Below, piece after piece: positions 1-18,147 of a stretch of 64,000 nucleotides of DNA (its first letter is position 1; each line of letters begins with the position of its first letter). The stretch is from NCBI GenBank assembly GCA_973895155.1, contig OZ316891.1:13733037-13797036 (forward strand), written 5' to 3'. Below the pieces are notes generated by a model. It saw nothing but the letters and a program-made list of their open reading frames with translations, searched no databases and was not told where the DNA came from. This DNA is from Marsupella aquatica (lineage: Eukaryota > Plantae > Marchantiophyta). The position numbers and the translations under genes are program-made.

Positions 1-500
1 TGGAAAGACCAGCGCACAATATTTGATCGGAGTAGCCCAAGTTTATTGGAGGATGACCCGATATGTTGGAAGAACGACACCTCTCACCGAACATTGTGGA
101 GATATCCTTGAATGGTCCGCACAGGGGTAACGTGGATGTTAGTAAATGCCCGAATGAAACTCGAGACTGTTTGGACAACTGCACATATGACTTTTCATGG
201 AGGATTTCCATGTAACGACACAAGTGTAGTCTTGAAATTCATTCTGAAATGAGACACGGATCACTGGCAATCTCCACAAAATTCAGCTAAACCAGATGGC
301 TCTCCTACATTAGAAGACTCGATGCTGCTCATTAAAACGTATAAACGGAGGCAAGGTGCATCTGGCCGAACACAGCTGCGGACTAACCTCATTCAATGAA
401 AGCAGGTAGGCTGTGATACATACAGGTAACAACCTCTATATCATGGAGTAGCAAATCCCGCAATAGGGCAAAAGTTCCTCAAGCGCATAATTAAGGCAAA
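1..500 (+). mobile_element. possible highly degenerate LINE (L1-like) 3' ORF2 remnant
   Basis: Broken frames give short peptides (e.g. FHGGFPCND, RLDAA) loosely resembling the zf-RVT/C-terminal region of the LINE at 55.3-56.0 kb. No intact ORF. Confidence 0.25.
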
Positions 501-974
501 GAATCACGGACCATCAACAGACAAGACTACCAATCGATATTGCTGGTGTGATATATTTACCGTATTTACTACTGCTGAAAATTTAAATCGCAAAATTTGA
601 TCACTGCAGGTACAATGACCTCCACATAGTACACAAGTAGCAAGAATATTTACATACTTGCTGAGCTTTGCTGTATAGGTTAACAAGACCTCACATCGCA
701 GACGTCTCTCTTGCCGTACAAATGACCCTTCGTAGGAGGAGTTGATTCAGACCCAATGGGGCACGGATTCTAACTACCTCCGAAATTTCAGGGTGCTCAT
801 GATATGTGCCATCCGCAGCAGGCTCGTTGTTGTCTTTACTCTTCTTTTCGATCTCCTCGTCACCCTTGGTAACCCTGTGCTTACCATCTTCATCATCTAC
901 TGCTGACCTAGTTCCATGCTCAGAGCGTAGTCGTTTTAAGCAACAGCTGCCATCCCCAACTAGAAGGAATCAAC

Positions 975-1352
975 TCATTTATCTTTCGTCGAGACCCCAT
1001 ACTTCTCTTGCAATTTCGTGAGCTCTTCCTCCTTCTTCCGCTGGTCTATCTTCTTCGACATCTTCGCTTGCTGGTAGTACAAGACGATGAGGTATCGGTT
1101 CGCCACATTGAACCCCGAAAGATGATCAACTGCATTTTTAGCATCGTAGATGTCCTCGTACACAACAAACGCAGTGCCTCGTGTGTCTTTCGTGTCACCG
1201 ATGCGAATTTGCCGAATAGCGCCATACTTCCCAAATATATCATACATCTCCTCTGACGAGATATTAAACGGAAGATTCCTTACATACAGAACTCTATTAA
1301 CCTCCGGTGGCAGACGTGCGTTACCTCTGCGGATGCTCAGCGCAGCAGCCAT
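975..1352 (-). CDS. SF3B6: Splicing factor 3B subunit 6 (p14, U2 snRNP branch-site RRM protein), 125 aa, single coding exon
   Basis: [40 protein letters not shown]...[37 protein letters not shown] is the p14 signature. A probable 5'UTR intron spans 1355..1616 (GTGAGA...ACAG immediately before CT-ATG). Confidence 0.97.
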   Translation of the reverse strand: MAAALSIRRGNARLPPEVNRVLYVRNLPFNISSEEMYDIFGKYGAIRQIRIGDTKDTRGTAFVVYEDIYDAKNAVDHLSGFNVANRYLIVLYYQQAKMSKKIDQRKKEEELTKLQEKYGVSTKDK

Positions 1353-1462
1353 AGCTGTATCAGATCAGTACCTCCCTCGCAGAATCGCTTTCAATAAAAC
1401 AATATCCGCGTCCTCTCGATACTCTTTTCACAACATACGATTCGAACGAAGTGAAGAACCTG

Positions 1463-1471
1463 AAACCCTAA
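1463..1471 (+). promoter_or_regulatory. telo-box (AAACCCTAA) in the 5' region of SF3B6
   Basis: Exact AAACCCTAA about 110 bp upstream of the ATG. Telo-boxes are typical of plant translation and RNA-processing genes. Confidence 0.5.
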
Positions 1472-1732
1472 GGGTATGATATGGTCGGCCCTTCTTTTCT
1501 TTCTGCTCAAAGGGAGGTCGTCCGCTTGAAGACAGCGGATTGCAATAACACGGTGGAATTTGCTTCAAATGTACATTGGGGCCTCGCCCGTCGACCGCAG
1601 CCGGCTCAATTCTCACCCCGCGACACCGTCTCCTCTGCGCTCTGCTCTCCGTGTCTGTCTGTGTCGTTCTTCGTCTCGAGCTCGAGCACTTTCATTAGAA
1701 GGAAGGAACCAGCCAAAAGCCTTGTGCAGTAT

Positions 1733-2100
1733 TAGGGCGTCTCAAACCTTCTGTTCGGCGTAGGTTACACCCGACCTGAATGTTGCGGGTCTCAAACCTT
1801 CTGTTCCGGGGCGGAGATTTTAGAGGACCAGAATGCTGCGGGTCGCAAACCTTCTGTTCCGCGTAGGTAGGGCGTCTCAAAACCTTCCGTTCGGCGTGGG
1901 TTACACCCGATCTGAATGTTGCGGGTCTCAAACCTTCTGTTCCGGGGCGGAGGTTTTAGAGGACCAGAATGCTGCGATTCGAGAACCTTCAGTTCCGCGT
2001 AGGTTACACGCAATCTGAATGTTGCGAGTCTCATACCTTCTGTTCTACGGGGGATGTTTTCTGGGAGCAGAATGCTGCGGGCCCCAAACCTTCTGTTCTG
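1733..2100. repeat. higher-order minisatellite: about 8 copies of core (GAATGYTGCGGGT)CTCAAACCTTCTGTTC separated by two alternating spacer types; higher-order period 135 bp
   Basis: TAGGGCGTCTCAAA recurs at 1733 and 1868. The spacers GGCGTAGGTTACACCCGAYCT and CGGGGCGGAGRTTTTAGAGGACCA alternate. Confidence 0.85.
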
Positions 2101-2924
2101 CGGTGGACGTTGAACGTATAGAGCAAAAGTCACGAGTAAAGTACTCATTAGAGTGCATTATAGGATATAATGCCAAGCAAAACCAGAGCATCATCTCAAG
2201 TTTTGAGGGGTTATTATTGCACATAATAATTAGCAAATGAGACTTTATTATAATTAATTTATAGCCCAAGAGATTTTTATTTTTAGTACAAGTAGTGGAG
2301 AAACTTACTAGAGAGGTGATCCAGATCTTGACCAGGGCATTATGTTCACAGACTGCCCTGAAAAATACTATGGGAAAAATCATGAAGGGCATCAAGTGTA
2401 AGGTAACCCATGGCCCCAAGGGGTTTATGGGATACAATCTCTCGAGGGCGGTGAGCCCAAGGTGGCTAAAGCCATGGCCCTTTAGTGGCCATGGGTTGGA
2501 GAGCATAACCCTCCAGTGTATTCTTGCTCTTATTTTGATGTGAAAGTTGCTCTTGAAGTTGGATAACCCTCCATGTTGGCTTGTCTGGTGGTCAAAATCT
2601 TCACAAACCCTGGGCCAGGCAGGGGTGGGTTATGGCTCATATCCATTGATAGAACTACAAGTAGGAAACGACAGGGTGGTTGATGCAATGTAAAATCGCC
2701 CATCTCACTGCGGCCTGAGGTAACATCAACGCCTGGCCTTGCAGCCAATGGTTACTAACCAGGGAATGTTAGCACCGATGGGTTCCTGCCACTCTATTTT
2801 CAGTGACAAATTTGTTGGATTTCACCCCTCTGAAATGCATTCTTCCACTTTTGAGAGACTTTTGACCGATTTTGTTTGTTTCCCTTTAGCCTCAATGCCC
2901 CACTTTGCTCAGGCCCATAGTTGT

Positions 2925-3450
2925 CTTCCCCACTTGTTGCCTCACCTAAAACTTGTCGGCCCTGAGAGTCACCTTTTTGCCTTCCCCACATGTTGCCTCA
3001 CCCAAAATTTGCAGGGCCCTGAGAGTCACTTTCTAGCCTTCCCCACCTATTGCCTCACTCCTAAACTTGGTGGGCACCCATAGCCACATTCTGACCACAT
3101 CACTTTTGCCTCAACTTTATGTTTGACACAGCCTACTGCCCCAGCCCATCTACCTTCACTTGCTCAATCTCCATAATGATAATTTTTTGATGGACTCTAA
3201 TTTTCTTCGTTCTTGCTGGGCTTTGCTATGGTTGCCTTGGTATGTTCGATTTTACTCTTCAGCATTATTTAGATGGATAATCCATGGCGACACTTATGAT
3301 TTTTGCTATATCCATCACTTTTGCCACAATTTCAGGTTTGACACGTCCTACTGCCCCAGCCCATCTACATTCACTTGCTCAACCTCCACAATGATAAGAC
3401 CTTAGTCGATTCTAGTTTTCTTCTTGCTTGCTAGGTGTTGCTGTGGCCGC
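2925..3450. repeat. degenerate tandem repeats (~59-bp unit x3, then ~215-bp duplication)
   Basis: CCCAC.TGTTGCCTCACC...CCCTGAGAGTCAC is repeated across 2930-3080. CACTTTTGCC...CCTACTGCCCCAGCCCATCTAC.TTCACTTGCTCAA occurs at ~3100 and ~3316. Confidence 0.7.
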
Positions 3451-4792
3451 CCTCTCAGGCAGAGGAGACAGTTCTTGAGTTCGGGCTCGAAGGTAACCGG
3501 CTGGATTTTTGCTTGCTTTCAGTGTTGGCAAGTATAGGAAAAACACAATTTGGCAACACTTTCAGAAAAGCTATTGTGATATTAAAAAAAACACTAACTT
3601 TTATGTGATTATTGGTATGAACCTGAATGCCCATTCCTTGAATGACAACAGAGATGATGCACAAATCAACATGCATCATCATCTTGACATACAATACATC
3701 AGATCCCCTCCGTCCAGGCCCTAGAGTTCTGATCTAGAGTCTTCACTCTAGAAGCCTAGTCTCCAATTGTAGCTTCTGTTCGCGAATTAGTAGTAAGATG
3801 AGTACAGTGGGAATCTACTGCAGTGGCATTGGCAGTGGCATTGGCATTGGCCAAATTGAACCGATCAGCAACAATATCATCCACCAGTCATTGGCTTGAC
3901 ACCGAGTCGCCCATCCCTTTGCCCATCATTCTCATCTACCGTGTGGTGTCTATCGCACATATTCCTTGTGTTACTTTACTCTACTCTGCATTGGAGATAT
4001 GAGCCAACTACATACAAACGGCACTACCTTCTCAATGATGAAGATTCATCAAGATTTAGACAGGTAGCTTTTGCGAGGGAAGACCAGAGCCTGTTCACAT
4101 TTGCAAACATAAAAAGGTAGGACAAGCTTGTGCAGATGCAATTCATCTATAACAAGAGGCTAACCCAGGAACGAGGCAATTGTACTCGGTCAAGCAACTG
4201 ATTGCTATCTTTATAAAATCACAAAGTCCTTTGAACACTAGTTCAAATTCACACCTCATTTTCCGTATGTACGAGACAGTAACATCAATACTACAACCGA
4301 CACAGTTTCACTGCTAAAAGGCTGAAATCCGGATTTGCCTTAATACCTTCAATTGAAGGTTCTATCATCCCTACAGTAATGGCTCTGCCCCCTGACAACT
4401 ACTTTGCTGACAGTAGGTTTGTACGACAGGATGTCCAAATATCGAAGAGAAAATGATTGAAATTAAAGCCCTTGGCCAACCTGGCATGCGTGTTTCAAAA
4501 AGCATATCACCCTGATGACAGTGATCAGGACAAAATTTGTAGGACTTGGACCACAGATAATTTACAAGGCTGAGATTCGAGGAAGAATTTACACAGCAGC
4601 TCATGTTACAATGCTGAAAATTTCTGCCCAGCACACCATGAGACTACGGGTGTCTTGATTCCTTTCTAGTGTTTCAATGGTGGTTGGAAACCGTGATAAA
4701 AGAATAGAATGGGAATAAAATTGCTAACAGAGATGACTGGCAAACACCCCATGCCGTACAAAAACAAACCGGGTAGATTCATTCAATCAATG

Positions 4793-10337
<5,545 letters not shown>

Positions 10338-11627
10338 TCCTCTCTTTCGGGAACCTGCTCTTGAAACTGCTACAACCCACGCCCATTAAACTCTTATGGC
10401 GTTTGCTCACGTCGTTCCTTAGATATAGAGAACCAGAAGTGGCAGGGCATTGACAGTTAGCCGTCAATTTCCAGCATTAGATTGAGCACGAAGTTGCAAA
10501 TAAACATCGCGTGGTACAAATCAACCTGCCTCCCAGTGGCAATTCTCGACCACAATTCTACGATTCTAAGCAATGCAATCCAGATAAAATCCTGGACACT
10601 CTCGACAGTACTAGGCCCGGCAACAAGTAGTAACTGCAGTACTGTAGAGACTCGATGCAATCCATGCATTACAAGAACGGAAATGCTCACTGCACTACGA
10701 CCTGACGACAATTTTAGAACTGTCTTCCAGACTTCCGAAGAAAACTCATGCCCGCTTATGGGAATCCTCACCCAAAAGGAAATGACCGGAAGTCACCCCA
10801 CTTCAAGCTGTCTTCTGTGACTTTCCGTCTTCCACATAAGTTCACAAACCCTCATCAGCGAAAAATCTCTCTAGCTGCACGCATCAACACACATAAAAAT
10901 ATTGTGTATGAGTCTTCGTACAAGTCCCATCATTTAGCAATGCGATTCTGACAGTACCTGTCAGACCACCCTACTTCAAACATTCGAGCTGCAAACGATC
11001 GACGAGGCCAGCTTCGACTAAGCGCGAGTGGCGGTCCTGGAAACAGCGCATAATACAGATCTGACGGAACATCTTCAGCAAATTTCGTAGACATATGATA
11101 TGATTGGAAGAGCTCAACTTATTTCATCACGTGCTAACTAACTGGCTTCGCATAGTGTACTCGTACTCTTATCGTTATCCTTGAACCTGGTTTCACGAGA
11201 TAATTACCATTATTGGATTCAGATTTTTTCTACTCCATTTGCAATGGAAAAACCTACAATCAACTCATACCGACCTTTGGTTGAAAGAGTGTGCCAGATC
11301 AATAGCTGCAATAAACGCTAGAAGAATAATATCGTGCACCAAGGACAGATGTAACACTGCGACTACACATAGGCTTGAAGAAAGAGCTTGAGCAGTTCAG
11401 TAGAAGCATAGTCTCCGATTCCGGTAGCTACATCGACAATCGGCCGTCATTGTCAGTCCACACCGTTTCCTGAACACGACTGTCTCTGCTGATGAAAATA
11501 CCGACACCACAGATTCCAAGCACACACGCGCTGCGCTTATAGGGCAATCCATTCCAGTGATCTCCACTCCTACGAACAACTAGCATCTACGATGAGTTTC
11601 TGTAAACGGACTCGACATCCAATCCGC

Positions 11628-11659
11628 GACACACACACACACTCACACACACACACACA
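11628..11659. repeat. (CA)n microsatellite in the copine 5' region
   Basis: Interrupted CA run seen directly. Confidence 0.85.
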
Positions 11660-14639
11660 TGGAAAGAAGAAAACCTCCATGGTTGGTTATCAAATGATGC
11701 AAATCGCGTATCGAGCTCACCTCCGAAAGCGTGCGCTCTTCGAATCGACGCGTTCCGTGCCGCAGAACATCGCCAACTGAAATGGAATCCTCCAGTGTCA
11801 AATCGAATTCCGACGACGGGACCGTTTTCGCCGCTCGCTCTTCGCACGGGGCCTAGAGATCGATCTACAAAGACGCAAGTCAAACAGGCGCGGAAATTCT
11901 TCGGTGAACAATATGTACTCACGGCAATAAAACTGTCCTGGGGCTTAAAATGAATGGGGCATTTATTATTAGAAAGTGAGGTGAGATAGAGATACCGTAG
12001 TCCATCCGGATTTCCAGGAAACCGACTTGGCATTTTTTATGTCGCGGAGTAATGCCATATTAAGATAGTCCATCCGGATTTCTAGGAAATTCATCCTGGG
12101 GATTTATGTCAACGGACCAATAGTCCTGGTTTTCTTTTTAATAAACACCCAGAGTCCAGAGAAATGTTGAGTTGAAGCACATTTTTTAGGTTAGTACTCT
12201 GTTGTACAGCGTTGCTCATAAGTTGATGGTGTGTACATTTTCCAGTTATAAATGTAATGGTGCCCCAATTGCTGTCTAGACGTTTCACTTTAGAGTGTAG
12301 GCTCTCATCTTAGCCTACATGCCCAAGCTTAGCTAATAAGTAAAGCAATGAATATCAATCATGCCGGCTTCTAATTCCACCCCTAGCCCTACTTATGTCC
12401 CGGAGTCAAGGTCTAGAGATTTCATTTTAGATAGTAGGCTGATTTACTAGTTTTTAATCACCCCTTATCTTAGATTGATAAACTAGGATGTGAATAGTTG
12501 CCTTCAAAAACAAAATCATTAATTAATTAAGGCAGGATAGGATCTCCATCCAAATTGAATCCTACCCTCACAGGGATGCCCCCTATGTGGTTCCTTTCTA
12601 CTTTTTAGAAAGTTGCATGGAACCTTTGATGTCAACCTTTGAATTGAGGTGGGGTGCCGAAATACTCTTTGTCCTAAAGTCAATTCATGTCATCTTCGTG
12701 AAAATGTAAATTCCCATAGATCCCTGCAACCTTAAACTCCTATCCTAGCAAAACATTTGGGATGGGGTCCCATCCGAGCTTGTAGCTCTAATGCCTTCAA
12801 TGACGTAGAAAAAATGGGAAATACAAAGCTACCCTATAGGAAACTAGGCCCATAAGAGCATTTTTCCAGTCCGTTTACTTCTACCTTTTCAAAGTCTATT
12901 TTTCTTTTGACTTCACCATTTGAATTTGGAATTCCAATGCATAAAGCACTTTAGAAAAATTGTTGCATTTATAGTAAGTAAGGGGGTTAAACAAGTAAAA
13001 AAACAATATCCAAGAGCTGTCCATGTGGGTTGCTATGGTCCATATGAACGTCTAGTCAAACATTGTGGTCTATGGGAGCTTCAGTTTCCAGCATATAAGT
13101 AAACTTGGTGTTCTTTCAGTAAAGCCAGGACTCCAGTATTACTATTGTATGACCATGTGGTGGAGATTTTGGCCAGCCTCTCCAGTTCCTACACTTAAAC
13201 CGATTACATAGTTACTCGCATTTTCACCCGCCAGGGCATTAATTCAATATACATTTTTGGAATACCACCAATGATTATAGGAACTTAAACCCAAGTATGA
13301 AAAAATGCTATTATAGATTTTTGCAACTCGGATAGAATTTGGCAAAACATACTTTGACATTATCTATTACACAATACTAGGCTGTTTAATCCTCTTGGCA
13401 AAGGTACTGAATAGAGGCCTTTTCTATAGTATTTGAGAATGCAACAATAGATTGAAAGTGCTGTTTCAACTTGGTGAATGTGGGGATCATGATGGTTCAT
13501 GAGGGTGCAACACATGTTCCTTGCTACCACCAAAAAGATCTAGAAACCCTCATAGATGTGAGTAATCCATGGTTAGAGTAAATCACAGGCAAGTCATAAA
13601 ACAGATTGCTATGGTTGGCAGGAATTGTCCAAAGTTGAGTTGGAAATTCTCAAAGTCAATATAATCAATGAATAAGGTATCATGTGAGAAGATATTGCTG
13701 CCAACTTACGTAGCTGTCACACAATAATAGAACAAACTAAAACAAGGGTTTCATAGACAAGTTGCAATATTGTAGTGCTTGGGAACACCGTGCAACAATG
13801 CAATTTGCCACCTTTTTATGCAACATTTTGCAAATCTTTTTGGTGAGTGAGAAGCAGGTTAAAATAGACTTATTGAGAGGCCTTGGCTGGTTTTTAAAGA
13901 GTCACAGTTTTGCTATGTTTTCTGTATTTTGCCCTTCAAGGAGAAAAAAGCAAAAGACAAGTGTTGGGTGATAACTTCTAAATGTGTTATCTGGATATTC
14001 TTGTGTTACCTTGGTTTGGGAGTCTCCTTAGGTTACTTTGTTTTATTGAGATTTTTCTAATGCATTTTTGTTTCAATTTTTAGGCCAGGTGCATCCTTTG
14101 TAGAATTGGACTTTGAAATTATTTATACCCTACTTTTAATGCTTTAATTTTTGCTTTGGAGACCCCGTCTTTAGGTCTAGGTTTTTTTCAATGTAGCCCA
14201 TCTTTTGTTATGTTTATGTTCAAGTTATATTAAATTGGGTTTTTGTACATAATGTAACCCCTGCCTTTTAACTACAACTCAGTTTTGTTGCCTAGCTTAT
14301 GGTAGTGAGTGACTTATGTGAAGCTAACTACAGTCATTATGAGAAAATCATGAGAGGCCCACCACTTTTTTGAAATGGATTCACAATCGCTTGGAAGCTA
14401 AATAGTTGTCAACTAGAAAAATGACATGTATGGTTTACATTAAGTGGGGCCAACACTTTGTAAGGGAATTTAAAGCACTAAGGACAGGGCATAGGTACTC
14501 CAGTCACACCCAAAACTGATTTACTTTTGCACCATATATCACCATTTCTGTGATTTCTAAAAAGAACTCATTTACAACTCTAATTTTTTTTTGAATACCT
14601 AATGTTCGGGGCTGGCCCCCTGCCTTCCAAGGACTAGGC

Positions 14640-14830
14640 ATTTTAGGATAGAGCGGATCATCAGTGCTTAAGTTACACAAATGGCGTCTTCTTTGACCCT
14701 CGATAGCTTTAAATTCCTCAAAAGTAGTAAAGGCCTCTTGGGCGAGTGCCCTTTGGGCCATAGGGTTTGGGTTGGGGCCTGCTGGAGGGGGAGAGGGGGC
14801 AGAAAAAAGGACAGTTTTGTGGCACGAACG
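14640..14830 (+). repeat. dispersed repeat (TE fragment), copy 1; related copies at ~41020-41420
   Basis: ATAGCTTTAAATTCCTCAAAAGTAGTAAAGGCCTCTTGGGCGAGTGCCCTTTGGGCCATAGGGTTTGGGTTGGGGCCTGCTGGAGGGGG also occurs, diverged, at ~41077 and ~41278. Confidence 0.7.
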
Positions 14831-15484
14831 CCTGCCTAATAACGCAATATGCTAGTCATGCGGTTATTCTTTTTAACATCAGGATTTTAATGAGAGAGAA
14901 ACACTATAAGACAAGCCACTTCTTTTGGGGAATCCAAACATCTTTAGTCATCTCAAAGAAATATGATTTTGCTGATACGATAGTCCTAAAAGCTTTATAA
15001 TGCCATTTGGGAAAGGCTGCTTAAACTTGGAGCAACCTTATCTGCATCATCAATGAAAAACATAGTTGCACACAGTGCAAACATTGGTGTTAATTGACAA
15101 ATTTCACCTACTCTTGAAAATATTAGGGTTTCAATGCAACCTTGGATAGGCTAATTGGAGTAAGTTCACCAGAGTTAACATTTGTCATTTATCTGACTCT
15201 TCATGAAGGGATAACCTTCTTTGTATCTTATGGAAAGAGTACACTTAGTAGTTGTGAACTTGGTTTGAGAGAGTATTAGGACCATGGAGCTATGGTGATA
15301 TATACATTTTGTATTCATAGTGGAGCTCTTGGTGCAACCGTGGATGTGTGTAGCCCTGGCGGGGTGAACCATGTATCTTTGTGTTAGTGTACTTGAATGT
15401 GTGCTATCAATTTGATCATGGTTGGAAATCTTGGAGACATCATGCTGTCCGTTTTGATCCTACAGAAAATGCATGAGTTTGTGA

Positions 15485-15710
15485 GACTGAGGGGCTGGAG
15501 GGCGGAGAGCTATGGGATGGAGGATGGAGGGCTCTGGGCTGAAGGCTACTGGGTGGGCCAATGGAGGGGGTGAGCTAGGGTCTGGAGGCCACATAGCTAT
15601 GGGATGAAGGGGCAGAGCTATGGGCTAGAGACCATAGGACTACTAGATGGAGGGTGGAGAGCTATGGGCTGGAAACCACAGGGCTGTGGGCTGGAGGCCA
15701 GAGCACTACT
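15485..15710. repeat. degenerate G-rich minisatellite (GGGCTGGAGG / AGAGCTATGGG units)
   Basis: Repeated AGCTATGGG and GGGCTGGA motifs. Confidence 0.6.
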
Positions 15711-18147
15711 GCCTTATTGGCAAGAGGGGTATGGGATGGCAGGTAGCATAGAAGTCAACTTTAGGTAATGCAAATAAACCTGTACATAACAATTTTTATT
15801 TGAGGACTGGGTCTTAGTGTGTGTGGCTTTAAAGGGTATGCAGCCAGTAATGATGCATCCCTTTAGTGCCCATTCAAGGAAGTATGTATACATCCAGAGA
15901 AGATCAGGCTTCTAAGATCTCTCATTGTCTTCTCTTCCAATTACTAATTATAGTGAAGTACCTGTCCTCTAACCACTCTTATAGGAATTTGGAACAATTT
16001 GAGTGATAATTGAGCATCATTCAGCTGTGACTAATATAGATGGACATAGATTAACCATCATTTGCTTACAAGACTTATTGTAATCACATAAGGTGTTTTT
16101 CCTTTTGCATTGCAACAGTCAGCACTCAAAAGTGTTTGTCTGAACAAAGTGAGGTCAAGCAGTGGGACCTCAAAATCTGCAATTTATATGTAGGCTAGCG
16201 TAGTGTACTTTTTAAGGGCAACTACAAGGGAGAACGGGGATGGTTTGTGCTGTCTTGTGTGACCAAACTGTTGTTGGTCACACACCTGGTATATTTGAGT
16301 GTTGCCACAATGACCATCGATTATTGTGACCAAGTATGACTGAAAGAGAAGAAGTAGAAATAGAAAACAAAAGATACTAGGATTTACATACCTTGCCACT
16401 AAATTTTTCCTATTTATTACCATGCCACACTTTTGTTATGGGTTAAAAAAACTAACCCATGTTAGCTGCATCACATCCAATGGCTGTCATCACACCCAAT
16501 TTAATAATTAGATGGCCTGAGTCTCCCTCATTGTGACTTTGACCATCCTCAGGAGGACAAGGGCAAAGACTATGCACAGGTTTAGGCTAACATTAGACAG
16601 AGGCCATGCTTAGGTGGGGGGACAGGACTGCCCAACCCACTCCTTGGTAGATCAGCTGACCCAAGGGTGGTCAACGTCATCTCGAGGGAGATGTCACGGG
16701 CCATTTGAATACATAACTGGGTGTGACGATAGCCATTGGATGTGAAGGAGCTTACATAGGTTAGTCTTCTTAACCCACAAATAAAAAGAGTGACATTGCG
16801 ATAAACAGAAAAATTCAGTGGCAAGGAACGTATTATGACACAAAAGAGTGGCAACCTACTAAAATCCTAGATAAAATATATGGCTGCCCCAAAATCTTAT
16901 GTTATTCATATCAATGAAATTTTTTGACAGTAGACCGTGCAACATGCATATTGTCATTATGGACTACTATAGCTTTAATAGGAAATTCATTTATTGTCCG
17001 GTATTATGCACGAAAAACTGAAGACATGAGAGTGTATGTCTTAGTTTACATTTCTTAATGCGACTCAATAGGTGAAGGCATGAGGGTGTATGTTGTCATA
17101 TTTCTTAATGCGACCCGTGGTGCGCAGATCCACATAAAGTGTTCCTCTACATTATTTGTCATAACAAACTTAGCCTAGCCCCAAGCCTAGCAGTAGAAGT
17201 CTCACATCAACAAGTAAGATTCTGGGTTCAAGTTTCATTCCGCAATCAACTTAATTCCAGAAACCCTTTACACACAAAATATCCACATGAAGAAAATTGG
17301 AGGTAACATTCTTATCAGTGAGATGGAAACATGCATGATAACAACATCTATATTAAGAGTGGGACCCAAGGTGTTGTAATAAATGAGTTTCCCCCATTTT
17401 GCCCCTCTTTCCCCAATTTTTACAGCTGAAGGGGGCTAATTTGGAGAATTTATGAGCTCCACAACTATCCTCACCAACTATGTGTCGTCTCAGGTTAAGC
17501 CAACCCACACAAAAAATTGGGCGCAACCAGGTAATTAAATTAGTTTGAGGGAAAGATGAGTACTTTTGACTAGTTTGGGGATAAGCAAGTAAAGATGGGG
17601 TGAAAAAACTTCTATAATTTCTGTTGAATAATAAAAGCCATGTGAAAAATTTACTGTAATTTCTACAAGGCCAAAAGCCATCACCCCTTATAGAATCTCC
17701 ACATGTTACTGGGTTTTGTTTAGGCTATACATTTAAAAACCCACTACTGACGCATGCTAGTTTTATTGTATGATGTGAATGGGGTTGAATAAAGGGCAAG
17801 CCCACTAGTAAGTGTTGCTCTTCTCCTAAGGTGCACCAATGAATAGATCTTCAAGTTGGAAAACCCAGCAACCAAAAAGAAGTAAATTCTGTATACAACA
17901 GTCTCAAAAACATTCCATAGTGCCTCTCAAAACCAGTTCCAGTAACAAAAACCTAAGTAAACAGAATATGCAATACCATAGTTGTAAGTTGGTTTGTAGT
18001 CTTCAATCTTGAAAAATTAATTTAATTTTGTGTCAGGCTGGTCTATCTGATTGCAGAATTTTCCTAGCCAAGAAGTTTTTTAATGTAGGTTTTCCTTTTT
18101 TGCTGACACCTACCCAAAACATGTGTTTGCAACACATTTGAACAGAT

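Noticed and set aside
1733-2100. CRISPR array
   Set aside because: Spacers are not unique (two types alternate), repeats are degenerate, no cas genes are present and the context is plant nuclear DNA.
17170-17245. tRNA-derived SINE (A-box-like AGCCTAGCAGTAG, B-box-like GGGTTCAAGT)
   Set aside because: Boxes are too degenerate and no tail or TSD is visible.
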